64,000 bases of DNA from Nitrospirota bacterium (GTDB lineage Bacteria; Nitrospirota; UBA9217), in the NCBI GenBank assembly GCA_963845065.1, contig CAWJQQ010000009.1, positions 960,001 to 1,024,000 of the forward strand, in the 5' to 3' direction. The notes beneath the pieces are model-generated. The model saw only the letters and a list, made by a program, of their open reading frames with translations, was not told where the DNA came from and did not search any database. A program made the translations under genes and the position numbers. Below are positions 1-9,359 of the stretch, piece after piece. Within the stretch, counting starts at the first letter, position 1. The number at the start of each line of letters is the position of its first letter.

Positions 1-882
1 TATGGCTGCCTTCCGCTGCAGCTGTATGCCTAAATCCAACATCAAATTCAAGGGATCTTCGAGTCGCTCTCCTATGGTATTCTTTATGGCCTGGGGCTGT
101 TCATAGATTTCCTTATGCATGAAGTGATCATGCCCTGCCTTCTCAGCCATGGCAGGTGACCAGTCGATAGTTACAACCTTGGCCCCGGAGGTAATAACGG
201 CATCCGTTTCGATTTGGCGCACATCCATGTCATGTCCGGTGAGTGTGCATATTTGTTCGTCTTCCATGAAGATGAACTTCTGGGTGTAGGGAAGAATCGC
301 TGGAATGTCCGAGGCAAAATAAAATTCCTCATTACCGACGCCGAGAACGAGCGGGCTTCCTTTTCTTACTGCAAAGAGCGTGTTGGGGCTCTGTTGACAC
401 ATGATCCCGAGGGCATAGGATCCGCGCAGCTGCTTTAGGGCTGAGCGGATTGCTTGTCTGACGGGGAGACCCATCCTCAAGTATTTCGCTATAAGCTGGG
501 GAACGATCTCTGTGTCGGTTTCAGACAAAAACTGTTGGCCCTCGCTTTCCAGATTCGCTCTCAGTTCCCGATAATTTTCGATGATCCCGTTGTGTACCAC
601 GGCGATGCCTTCAACGACGTGCGGATGAGCATTCAATGTGGACGGAGCACCATGGGTCGCCCACCGTGTGTGGCCAAGACCGGCAGTGATAGCGGGCGAC
701 GGATCAGGGAGGATCAGCTTAAGGTCCTTAAGCCTCCCTTTGGTTTTGTAAACCTCTAACCCGTGGCCGTTCTGGTAAGCAACACCTGCCGAGTCGTATC
801 CACGGTATTCCAGTCTCTTCAGTCCGTCAACGATTACCTGGAGAGAACCGGCTTTGCCTACATAGCCGACGATTCCGCACAT
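1..882 (-). CDS. glmS: Glutamine--fructose-6-phosphate aminotransferase, N-terminal part (runs off left edge)
   Basis: Not in the ORF track. Manual translation from ATG at 882 gives MCGIVGYVGKAGSLQVIVDGLKRLEYRGYDSAGVA, the GlmS N-terminus with Cys nucleophile and LEYRGYDSAG motif. RBS AGGAGGAGGT at 900-891. Confidence 0.95.
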   Translation of the reverse strand, partial: MCGIVGYVGKAGSLQVIVDGLKRLEYRGYDSAGVAYQNGHGLEVYKTKGRLKDLKLILPDPSPAITAGLGHTRWATHGAPSTLNAHPHVVEGIAVVHNGIIENYRELRANLESEGQQFLSETDTEIVPQLIAKYLRMGLPVRQAIRSALKQLRGSYALGIMCQQSPNTLFAVRKGSPLVLGVGNEEFYFASDIPAILPYTQKFIFMEDEQICTLTGHDMDVRQIETDAVITSGAKVVTIDWSPAMAEKAGHDHFMHKEIYEQPQAIKNTIGERLEDPLNLMLDLGIQLQRKAAI

Positions 883-1001
883 GGTTTAGGACCTCCTCCT
901 TATCATCTGACTATCTCTTTTCTAGCATCGCAGGCTGCCTGAAGCTATCTGAACGCTATTCCCAGCAAACCTCATTGACCGGTCATCACGGCAACGGATT
1001 T

Positions 1002-2324
1002 CTATTCAAGCCCCTGCTTTATCCCGACAGCGTTAAGGTAGTTGGCCGTAAAGATATAATCGTCGATGTAATCCGGCTTGCCGTCGTTGTTCGCGGCCGC
1101 GCGTTTTTCCTTGAGATATTGTATAAAATCGGCTTCAGTCCATGACCCCGACCGGACATGATGCACATTGACTTTAGGCGATATGGCCAGGGGGAATATC
1201 AACTTTAAACCGCCCAGTGAAATGGCAAGACTCGCCTGATAAGTGCCTTTTTCCGGCATGAGCTCAGCAATCCAGGTGTTGGTATTTTCTGGATCTTTTT
1301 TCAGGGAAATCAATCTGGCCCCCGTGACGGCCATGTTGGACGCAAGGTTCGCCTTCGGCGTACTCACGAATATGACGCGGACTATGGATTTGCCGTCCGA
1401 AATCGAAACCGGCGGCTCCTGGCGGCAGCCAATCATGCTTTCATTTTCAAAAAGGGATACTAGGGCTGAAATGGTCCGCTCTCCCTTATATTCTTTAAAA
1501 CGATCGAGGACGCTTTTTTGCGTATAGATCGTTTTCCTGGTGGTCTTCGGAATTCCCGAGCCATCTGCGGTGACTGCGGGCTCGGTTTTTTGCGAAAGTC
1601 CTGCAGGTCCCTGCACAGTGGAACCCGCATTGTCCGGTTCGGAAGGCTGTGCGTTTTGGCCACTGACGCTAGCTACATCCGCTATTTTGTTGCTTTCCTG
1701 GGCCGTCGGCGGCTGCCCGGCAATGACAACCGTCGAAGGAATGATGTTAGAAACCGACGAGGTTGCCGGTGTTCCGGCTACTACTGGCGGCGTCGCTATT
1801 CCTGAGGGTATGTTTTGGCCTTGCGGCGTAGCTGGAGCATTATTTGCCAAGTCTACCGGATTATTGTTTGCCGCGTCTACCGGATTGCTGATCTGAGCCA
1901 ATGCCGAAAGAGGAGATCCTTTGATATTGGCCAGCTTGACAGTCATCGAAGCGATGCTCCCGGGAGACGTGCCTAGCAGATCAAAGGACAAGGTCGCAAT
2001 GACGCCGCTGCCGTTAATCGGTGTAAGCCGGATAATATCCATGTGCACCGTGCCCGGGAGGTTCTGGTTGATTGCGGTCATGGCTCCGGAAATGAGCGGT
2101 CCTTCAACAACCTGGGGATTGGCGAGCGTATTCGTATCGTACTGAATGTTGACATCAAGTGCTGCCGCATTCTCAATTCCTATACCCTGGAGCAAAAAAA
2201 CCCCGTCCCCCCCCGATGATATCGACACCGTTGACACCGCGAAGGCAGACAGCGGCAGGCACATCATAAGGATGAACACTATGGTAATGAAACGGCAGAG
2301 AGATCTGATTTGTTTACGTTTCAT
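1002..2324 (-). CDS. Secreted cohesin-domain protein with Pro/Ser/Thr linker and C-terminal dockerin/EF-hand-like motif
   Basis: Signal peptide ending LSAFA; ATG 2324 has a GAGGTG RBS (ORF track starts at 2339). The N-terminal beta-rich domain (AAALDVNIQYDTNTL...INGSGVIATLSF) matches the cohesin pattern. C-terminus reads ANNDGKPDYIDDYIFTANYL. Confidence 0.75.
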   Translation of the reverse strand: MKRKQIRSLCRFITIVFILMMCLPLSAFAVSTVSISSGGDGVFLLQGIGIENAAALDVNIQYDTNTLANPQVVEGPLISGAMTAINQNLPGTVHMDIIRLTPINGSGVIATLSFDLLGTSPGSIASMTVKLANIKGSPLSALAQISNPVDAANNNPVDLANNAPATPQGQNIPSGIATPPVVAGTPATSSVSNIIPSTVVIAGQPPTAQESNKIADVASVSGQNAQPSEPDNAGSTVQGPAGLSQKTEPAVTADGSGIPKTTRKTIYTQKSVLDRFKEYKGERTISALVSLFENESMIGCRQEPPVSISDGKSIVRVIFVSTPKANLASNMAVTGARLISLKKDPENTNTWIAELMPEKGTYQASLAISLGGLKLIFPLAISPKVNVHHVRSGSWTEADFIQYLKEKRAAANNDGKPDYIDDYIFTANYLNAVGIKQGLE

Positions 2325-2366
2325 GCTTACACCTCTCAACTTTTTTCTATTGGTTTATGGATGCAT

Positions 2367-2392
2367 GACACGGTTTGATTACAAACCGTGTC
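2367..2392. other. Perfect 11-bp inverted repeat in the leader of the cohesin gene
   Basis: GACACGGTTTG-atta-CAAACCGTGTC; no U-tract on either side. Confidence 0.7.
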
Positions 2393-2647
2393 CTAAGGTA
2401 ATTCGAATATCCTGGTCCTGCTGGCGAGCCTAGGCTAGAGCCAGTGACTAATCTGAGATCCACAACAATTAACGAATGAAATTATCCGCAAATGCTCAAT
2501 ATTATGTGCATTGCACCGGTGTCCGAACCTCAGTTGTTCGGTTTATCACCCATAGACTCCAGTTCTCGCCGAAGGACTCAACTTGACGGCTGGAACAGCC
2601 AGACGCCTCATCGCGGTGCTTAATCTGCAACTAAACAGTAATTCTTG

Positions 2648-3087
2648 TTGCCTCCCCGTGCAATTTTTTAATCAAGGGCGAAATATATTATTTGTACGCC
2701 TTTTACCCTACACAGAATCAATACAGCAAGAATTATACCGTTATAAACAGACAGTCCAGCAATGTATTTTGGAAAGGTGTTGAGAAAAAAACACACAATA
2801 AAAAAATGATCAAAACGTAGAACCGCTTGATAATGCTGACGCAGTTGTTGTCTTCGCAACAAATTGTTTATCATACGATACTTGTTGTCAGATAGGGAGC
2901 TTTATTAGAAAATGGCCATTCACCGTTTGCGCCGCAGTCAAGATAGCCCTACTGTCGAGAAAATTGACTCTAAAAGAAACATTAATACTTCTGATGAGCT
3001 TGATTTTGAAGGCGTTAAGAACACTGTTTCCTGTGGATACAGGCGGGCCAGTGGCAGATCACTCCGATTGTATACTTGTGATACACA
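2648..3087 (-). repeat. Duplicated ~440-bp non-coding regulatory module, copy 1
   Basis: Reverse-complement homolog of 20138-20588 in three blocks. The 125-nt block 2963-3086 is about 85% identical by manual alignment. Confidence 0.9.
2725..2740 (-). promoter_or_regulatory. Putative sigma-54 (-24/-12) promoter for the cohesin-glmS transcript
   Basis: Minus strand CGGTATAATTCTTGCT = GG-N10-GC, conserved in copy 2. Confidence 0.65.
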
Positions 3088-3146
3088 AAGCACTAAAAAC
3101 ATTTGTGTTCCTTCTCCAAAAGCCATAAAAACAGGCGAAATTCTGC

Positions 3147-3162
3147 AGGCATTGAAATTGCT
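3147..3162 (+). promoter_or_regulatory. Putative sigma-54 promoter for the EPS operon
   Basis: AGGCATTGAAATTGCT = GG-N10-GC directly upstream of the first operon gene. Confidence 0.55.
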
Positions 3163-3176
3163 TTATGCAATACAGT

Positions 3177-3533
3177 ATGAAGAATAAAAAGATATTAATC
3201 GCTGATGAAGCAGGCTTTTGCCGGATTTGCGCCGCTATCCTTGAACAGGAAGGATATCGGACGATTACGGTCGATGATGCCCATCAGTTTGATCGGGGAT
3301 TGGCCGGTGACGACCTCGGATTGATCATTACAAGCTACCCCTACGGCGCAGGTCTTCTGAAAAAACTGAAGAATAGGAATATCCCTATCATCATCCTGCT
3401 GGATCAGATGAGCAGGGAACTATTGCTGACACTGGACGATCTCGACAAGAAGCTGTCGCACTGCATGATAAAGCCTCTTGATTACAACAAGTTCAGGACA
3501 CTAGTGAACCAGACCATGTACCGAGATGTCTGA
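3177..3533 (+). CDS. Stand-alone atypical receiver (CheY-like) domain protein
   Basis: KKILIADE start and late KP motif fit the REC fold. The expected phospho-Asp position reads LIITSYP. Start is 3177 or 3165. Confidence 0.75.
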   Translation: MKNKKILIADEAGFCRICAAILEQEGYRTITVDDAHQFDRGLAGDDLGLIITSYPYGAGLLKKLKNRNIPIIILLDQMSRELLLTLDDLDKKLSHCMIKPLDYNKFRTLVNQTMYRDV

Positions 3534-3676
3534 AAGACAGGCATTGTGGGGAAGCATACCGTATTGCCCTAGGGCCACATTTTCCGCACTGTACAACGGG
3601 ATGAAGGGGAATTAAAGAGTAGCCGGGTTCCGGCAGACCCGGGGAGAAAACCCATCGAGGGAGTGCACAAGGATCT

Positions 3677-4570
3677 ATGTATGAAACTTTTTTCAATCTG
3701 AAGGTAAAGCCTTTTGAACTCGTGCCCAACCCGTCTTTTATCTATATGAGCAAGAGCCATAAAAAGGCGATGCATTATCTGTATTACGGGATCAGGGAAA
3801 AAGCGGGCTTTATCCTGCTTACGGGAGAGGTTGGTTCCGGAAAAACGACCATTATCAGTGATCTTATTAAGCAGGTCGATCCAAATGTAACGCTTGCACG
3901 GCTTTTCAATACCAAGGTCTCGTTCCCTCAACTGCTTGCGATGATCAATGACGACTTTGGTCTCGATATAAAGGGTAAGGATGAGATTATCCTGATGAAG
4001 GAGCTAAACGATTTTCTGATTGACCAGCACATCAGGGGATACAACACTGTGCTGATCATAGATGAAGCGCAGAACCTCAAACCAGAACTACTTGAGGAAA
4101 TCCGGATGCTGTCGAACCTGGAAACTGATACATCAAAATTGATGCAAATCGTGCTGGTCGGACAACCCGAGCTTCGGCATATCCTTGCAAGGCCCGAAAT
4201 GAGACAACTGCGGCAGCGAATCAGTGTCAGCTGCCGTCTTCAACCCCTAACCAGGGTGGAAACCGAAGAGTATATCTATCACCGCCTCGAGGTCGCTGGC
4301 AACCGCAATGCGGTTACGTTCACAGACGGCTGCATGGATATCATCTTTCGGCATTGCAGAGGGATTCCCCGATTGGTGAATATTCTCTGCGATTTCGTTT
4401 TATTGACCGCCTTTATAGAGGAATTAACGAAGGTAGATACCGACATGCTCAACGATGTCGCCAAGGATCTCGATTTTAACAGGCTATACTGGGGTTCAGA
4501 AAAGTCGATGCGCCAGGATAAGATCACCCCGGCTGCCCTCATGGATGCGCTGGACACGCCGGAGCCATAG
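3677..4570 (+). CDS. ExeA/GspA-like AAA ATPase (XrtA/PEP-CTERM-system-associated type)
   Basis: MYETFFNLKVKPFELVPNP start, Walker A GEVGSGKT, Walker B LIIDEAQNL, LVGQPEL, GIPRLVN. Confidence 0.9.
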   Translation: MYETFFNLKVKPFELVPNPSFIYMSKSHKKAMHYLYYGIREKAGFILLTGEVGSGKTTIISDLIKQVDPNVTLARLFNTKVSFPQLLAMINDDFGLDIKGKDEIILMKELNDFLIDQHIRGYNTVLIIDEAQNLKPELLEEIRMLSNLETDTSKLMQIVLVGQPELRHILARPEMRQLRQRISVSCRLQPLTRVETEEYIYHRLEVAGNRNAVTFTDGCMDIIFRHCRGIPRLVNILCDFVLLTAFIEELTKVDTDMLNDVAKDLDFNRLYWGSEKSMRQDKITPAALMDALDTPEP

Positions 4571-4640
4571 AACGTGATTGCAGGGCGGCAGCATAACCGC
4601 AGACCCTGCGGCGGACGAAAACCACCGGGAGGATTGCAAC

Positions 4641-5210
4641 GTGGCATACCAGGTTCTCGATCATGCAATTGCAGAATACGAACCGACAGCGATGCAGGCG
4701 GCGACTGCATCCACTTGTCCATGGTATGTCGTATACGTTAAATCGCGCCATGAATTCGTCGTACATGACGAACTACTTCGGAAAGGCATTGAGGCATTAT
4801 TGCCATCCTTCAGGAAGAGCAGCCAATGGAAAGACCGGAGGAAGATGATCGAATATCCCGTTTTCCCGGGATATGTCTTTGTCAAGGTTCCGGCCTATCC
4901 CGGCGCGTTTCTTTATGTACTCAAGACGCGGGGGGTTGTGACGTTCGTCTCCCTTGAGGCATCCACGCCGACACCTGTGGACCCGGAAGAGATTGCATCG
5001 CTCAGGCTTTTAATCGCGAGCGGTAAGAATATCGAAATTTATCCGCATTTGAAAGAAGGTACGCGGGTACGCGTAAAGAATGGGCCTCTCCAGAATGCTG
5101 AAGGCGTCCTGAGCAAGAAAGAAAACGATTATCTTTTTTCGGTCAATGTGGAGCTGCTCGGCAGGAGTGTCGCGGTAAAGATCTCCGCGGAGGATATTGA
5201 ATCGGCATAA
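4641..5210 (+). CDS. NusG-paralog transcription antiterminator (UpxY/RfaH-like)
   Basis: NGN domain WYVVYVKSRHE...PVFPGYVFV and KOW domain GTRVRVKNGPL. Start uncertain: GTG 4641 has a GGAGG RBS; ORF track gives 4578; ATG 4692 is possible. Confidence 0.9.
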   Translation: MAYQVLDHAIAEYEPTAMQAATASTCPWYVVYVKSRHEFVVHDELLRKGIEALLPSFRKSSQWKDRRKMIEYPVFPGYVFVKVPAYPGAFLYVLKTRGVVTFVSLEASTPTPVDPEEIASLRLLIASGKNIEIYPHLKEGTRVRVKNGPLQNAEGVLSKKENDYLFSVNVELLGRSVAVKISAEDIESA

Positions 5211-5538
5211 GCTTTCAGGCCTCGCTCAGATATGCGCGCTGCCGCTAAACCGCGCTTCGAAGAGTCAGGGCGATTTGTGTTGGTTGTACATTTGTAACCG
5301 GAGGGGCGGAGCATTGAAAGATGGGTACGATTCGGCAGTTGATGCTCAAAGGAACATTCAGTTGCAGAAAATTCAGCAGCCGGAGCCGGCAACAAAGAGC
5401 CGATGGCATCAGAAACATACCAAGAGCTATGAACCCGCGTGTTTCATGTTGCATGGCAGGAGAAACAGCCATTTTGGGGCCCCGAGCAGTGAGCGATGTG
5501 GAAGGCGGAACATCACGAAAGGATATGATTAGGCATCT

Positions 5539-6888
5539 ATGTTTAGTCTCTTTCTGTTACTGATAGGGGATGCGTTTCTCGCCGTTGCAGGAGTCTACTT
5601 AGGTTACCTGCTGCGATTCGGAGAGGGAGATCCCGCCTCGCTTATAGATCTGCCGCATATGGCAGCATTTATAGGGGTTACCCTCTTTTTCTCATATCTC
5701 TTTGAGCTCTACAACAGCGCGAGGCAGATAAAAAAGCGGGAAATCCTGCTCAGATCACTGGTCGCGGTCGGGGTGTCCTTCATGACGCTCACGTCTGTTT
5801 ATTACATGATGCCTGCGGTCCAGTTCGGCCGTGGCATATTTGCTATTTCTCTCGCTTTTTTCTGGGCGCTCCAGTTTCTGTGGCATCTGTGTTTTTCGGC
5901 ATTGCATAATTCTTCACAGCTCGCCCGAAGGGTTCTTGTTCTGGGGACCGGTCCTCTGGCAAAAAAGGTTGGGGATCTTATAGAATCCACAAACCATCAG
6001 CATGTCCTCAAAGGGTATGTGGACCTCACGGGTGAACCGATCACGGTCCCCGAGTATGCCATCGTGGGGAAGGGGAGCAGCCTTTTTGAGACAATCCGCT
6101 TTCAAAAGGCGCACAAGCTCGTCATATCGCTGTCCGAACGGAGAGGCGTTTTGCCGCTGCAGGTCATTCTGGCGTGCAAATTCAGTGGCATCGAAGTGAT
6201 TGACGCCCCGTCGTTCTACGAAGAATTGACCGGGAAACTGCTTATTGAAAATATCAATCCCAGCTCGTTCTTTTTTTCGGATGGCTTCCGGATTACCGAC
6301 ACCAAGATGGTTTTCAAAAGGATAGCCGACGTTCTATTCTCGCTTGCCGGGATTCTGATCACTATGCCTCTCTTCCCCCTTATAGCGGTCATGATCAAGC
6401 TGGATTCCCGCGGTCCAGTTTTTTTTCGTCAGCAGCGTGTCGGTGAGATGGAGAAGAACTTCTTGCTTTACAAGTTCAGGACCATGCGTGAGGACGCGGA
6501 ACAAAGCAGTGGAGCAGTGTGGGCGGAAAAGAATGATCCTCGGGTCACAAACATTGGCAAGTTCCTGAGAAAAACGAGGATCGATGAGCTTCCGCAATTC
6601 TACAACGTCCTCCGGGGGGACATGAGCTTTATCGGACCACGTCCGGAGCGTCCGGAATTTGTGAATAAGCTTAAGGAAATCATCCCGTACTATCAGGAGC
6701 GGCATTTCGTAAAGCCCGGCCTGACTGGCTGGGCACAGATCAAGTACGCCTACGGAGCCTCGACGGAGGACGCCGTTGAGAAACTGCGGTACGATCTTTA
6801 CTATATAAAGCACCTTTCGCTCTTTCTCGACATGCTGGTCATGCTTGAAACGGTCAAGGTCATGCTGTTCGGCAGGGGGGCACGGTAG
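5539..6888 (+). CDS. Priming undecaprenyl-phosphate glycosylphosphotransferase (XrtA-system-associated type)
   Basis: N-terminal TM helices; C-terminal bacterial sugar transferase motifs KFRTM, RIDELPQ, GPRPERP, KPGLTGWAQ, YDLYY. Confidence 0.93.
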   Translation: MFSLFLLLIGDAFLAVAGVYLGYLLRFGEGDPASLIDLPHMAAFIGVTLFFSYLFELYNSARQIKKREILLRSLVAVGVSFMTLTSVYYMMPAVQFGRGIFAISLAFFWALQFLWHLCFSALHNSSQLARRVLVLGTGPLAKKVGDLIESTNHQHVLKGYVDLTGEPITVPEYAIVGKGSSLFETIRFQKAHKLVISLSERRGVLPLQVILACKFSGIEVIDAPSFYEELTGKLLIENINPSSFFFSDGFRITDTKMVFKRIADVLFSLAGILITMPLFPLIAVMIKLDSRGPVFFRQQRVGEMEKNFLLYKFRTMREDAEQSSGAVWAEKNDPRVTNIGKFLRKTRIDELPQFYNVLRGDMSFIGPRPERPEFVNKLKEIIPYYQERHFVKPGLTGWAQIKYAYGASTEDAVEKLRYDLYYIKHLSLFLDMLVMLETVKVMLFGRGAR

Positions 6889-6896
6889 GAGGAGTA

Positions 6897-7766
6897 ATGC
6901 GGAAGATACTGTGGTGTTTCGGAACACTGTTGTTAGTAATCACGATGATCTCAAGGGCGTCGGCAGAAGGATACGTCATCGGAGCAGAAGACGTTATCCA
7001 GATTTCTGTATGGGGGAATGCCGAACTCAGCGTTACGGTGCCGGTGCGGCCCGACGGGATGCTCTCCATGCCTCTTGTGGGTGATATAAAGGCGGCTGGC
7101 CTGACTCCCCTGGAACTGAAAAAGAACCTAGAAAAAGAACTTATACGCTTTGTGAAGGCTCCGGTCGTCAGCGTGATCGTTACTGCAATTAACAGCTTCA
7201 AGGTCTTTGTCTTTGGTGACGGCGCGTCGAAGGTCCTATTTGCCTCAGGAAGTGCCGCGGGAGGCACTACCACGCAGGGCGGCACATCGAAATCAGGGGA
7301 AATCACCCTAAGAAGACATACAACACTTCTTCAACTTCTTGCGCAGCTCGGGTCTCTCAGTGAGATTGATCTCGCTCATGCCTATTTGCTGAGAGACGGG
7401 ACGAAACTTCCTGTCAATTTTGAACAATTGATGAAAAACGGCGATTATTCCCAGGACGTTGCACTTCAAGCGGATGATGTCATTTACTTGCCGGGCGGCT
7501 ATAGCAATCGCATCCGGGTTACCGGCGCAGTCAGAACGCCAGGCAGCATTCCGTATGCAGAGGGCATGACAGCGCTCGATGCCGTACTAGCCGCGGGTGG
7601 ATTTACGGAATTTGCAAGTGAAAATGACGTACTGGTCGTACGAAAAGTGGGAAACGATGCCACGAAAATCAATGTCAAGCTGAAAGACGTCATGAACGGC
7701 AATAACACAAAGAACGTACTTTTAAAACCCGGCGATATCGTCACGGTAAAAACCGGCCTTTTCTAG
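6897..7766 (+). CDS. Polysaccharide export protein (Wza/OPX-like, Poly_export + SLBB)
   Basis: Signal peptide; YVIGAEDVIQISVW...VRPDGMLSMPLVGDIKAAGLT; SLBB motifs; LKPGDIV. Confidence 0.88.
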   Translation: MRKILWCFGTLLLVITMISRASAEGYVIGAEDVIQISVWGNAELSVTVPVRPDGMLSMPLVGDIKAAGLTPLELKKNLEKELIRFVKAPVVSVIVTAINSFKVFVFGDGASKVLFASGSAAGGTTTQGGTSKSGEITLRRHTTLLQLLAQLGSLSEIDLAHAYLLRDGTKLPVNFEQLMKNGDYSQDVALQADDVIYLPGGYSNRIRVTGAVRTPGSIPYAEGMTALDAVLAAGGFTEFASENDVLVVRKVGNDATKINVKLKDVMNGNNTKNVLLKPGDIVTVKTGLF

Positions 7767-7776
7767 GGAGATTAGC

Positions 7777-9342
7777 ATGCAGGAGAACAACCAAGCCAAC
7801 TTTGAAATCAAGCGGTACCTCGGATTGATTCATAGGAGAAGATATATCGTGCTGGCCGTGGCACTCGGAGTGCTTTCTCTCTTTACCTGGGGAAGCTACC
7901 TGATACCCAAGACCTATGAGGCAAGCTGTACCGTAGCCATTGAAAACGCAGGTATTGTCAAACCGCTCATACAAGGCACGGGGGTCTCCGTTTCCACGGT
8001 AGAAAGGCAGAGGAATATTCGCAACAGAGTTACCAGCAGGAGCCTCATAGAACAGGTTATTAAGAAACTCAACTTGGACGCCGGCTTCAAATATCCTAGC
8101 CAGGACGATGACCTGGCGGCATCCATGCAAAAAAGCATCTCAGTGACCATGCAAAGCTTTGGAGAGCGCGAAAGCGATCTGTTTACGGTCGCTTTCCGGG
8201 GAAGCGATCCTAAAAAAGTACAAAATATTACTGATACGATTGTACAGGAATTCATCAACAACAGCGTTGAATATCAGCGTTCCGACGCTGTGGGCGCCTA
8301 CGAGTTCATCCGGGACCAGATCACGGAGTATAAGGATAAACTGGCGGAATCAGATAAGGATATCCGTGAGTTTCGAGAGAGACATCCCCAGATGATCCCA
8401 GAGAATGAAAACACGATCGTCGGAAGATTGGAAAACTTTCAATCGGCAATAAGCGATGCGGAAATCACGAAGAAGGAGCTGCTTCGGAAACGGGAGAGTC
8501 TGAAGCAGCAGCTCTCCGGCGAAAAAGAACTGACCGTCGCGTTTGTATCGAATGAGGGTTCACCGGAAGCGCGGTTGACTTTCCTTAACAGCCAGCTCAT
8601 GGACCTGATGACCAAGTACACGGAAAGTTATCCTGAGGTAATCAAGGTAAAAACTGAAATAGATGAATTGCAAAAACAAATTGCAGAGGCAAAAACCTCG
8701 GGGAAAAGTGCCGAAGCCCGCGGTGAGATGAAGGCAATGAACCCCGTATACCGGCAAATCAAGGAAGATCTGCAGAAGACCGACACGGACCTTGAATCCG
8801 TGAAGGCGAGGCTGGAAGAGCTTTCTCTACAGCAGAATGCAAGTCGACAGGTTCTCGGAAAGATGCCGAAAGAACAGGAAGAATGGTCAAAGCTTCAGCG
8901 GGACAAAAATGTTACACAGAAGGTTTACGATGACCTCTTGCAGAAGCTTGAAAACGCACGGGTGTCGAAGAACCTGGAACTTGCAGACAAAAGCACAAAC
9001 TACCGCGTGGTCGATGCTCCGCTTCTTCCGCGCGTTCCCATCGAGCCCAATAGGATTCTCCTGATCCTTGCCGGCCTTTTTGCCGGAATAGTATCTGGCG
9101 TTGGCACCGCCGTCGGAATCGATTATTTAAACAATTCCTTCAAGGATGAGGATTCCCTCCGGAAAGCATTGAATCTTCCGGTTCTTGCGGCCGTTCCCAC
9201 CGTCGTCATTGAGTCCGACGTCCTGAACGAGAAGATAATGGATAAAAAAGTGTTTACTGCGGCAGCAGCTTATATTTCTCTTATCGGCGTAGTGCTGATC
9301 GGTGAAATACTCTATCGTATGGGCATAGTAGGCAGTCATTAG
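7777..9342 (+). CDS. Polysaccharide co-polymerase / chain-length determinant (Wzz/Wzc-N)
   Basis: TM helices at both ends, long coiled coil, KYTESYPEV, VVDAPLLP..P.EPNR. Confidence 0.88.
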   Translation: MQENNQANFEIKRYLGLIHRRRYIVLAVALGVLSLFTWGSYLIPKTYEASCTVAIENAGIVKPLIQGTGVSVSTVERQRNIRNRVTSRSLIEQVIKKLNLDAGFKYPSQDDDLAASMQKSISVTMQSFGERESDLFTVAFRGSDPKKVQNITDTIVQEFINNSVEYQRSDAVGAYEFIRDQITEYKDKLAESDKDIREFRERHPQMIPENENTIVGRLENFQSAISDAEITKKELLRKRESLKQQLSGEKELTVAFVSNEGSPEARLTFLNSQLMDLMTKYTESYPEVIKVKTEIDELQKQIAEAKTSGKSAEARGEMKAMNPVYRQIKEDLQKTDTDLESVKARLEELSLQQNASRQVLGKMPKEQEEWSKLQRDKNVTQKVYDDLLQKLENARVSKNLELADKSTNYRVVDAPLLPRVPIEPNRILLILAGLFAGIVSGVGTAVGIDYLNNSFKDEDSLRKALNLPVLAAVPTVVIESDVLNEKIMDKKVFTAAAAYISLIGVVLIGEILYRMGIVGSH

Positions 9343-9359
9343 ATCATTGGAGAAATTAC

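Noticed and set aside
214..759. Plus-strand ORFs 214-438 and 454-759
   Set aside because: Antisense shadows of glmS.
883..1001. glmS ribozyme
   Set aside because: No recognisable ribozyme core; the gap is short and follows another gene.
2912..3187. ORF similar to ORF 20144-20491 (ELDFEG peptide), suggesting a small paralogous protein pair
   Set aside because: Similarity is only local, substitutions are largely non-synonymous and an indel breaks the shared frame. It is better explained by the duplicated non-coding module.
5197..5563. ORFs between the antiterminator and the priming transferase
   Set aside because: Overlapping frames without motifs. A frameshifted upstream start at 5525 is possible but not needed to explain the gene.
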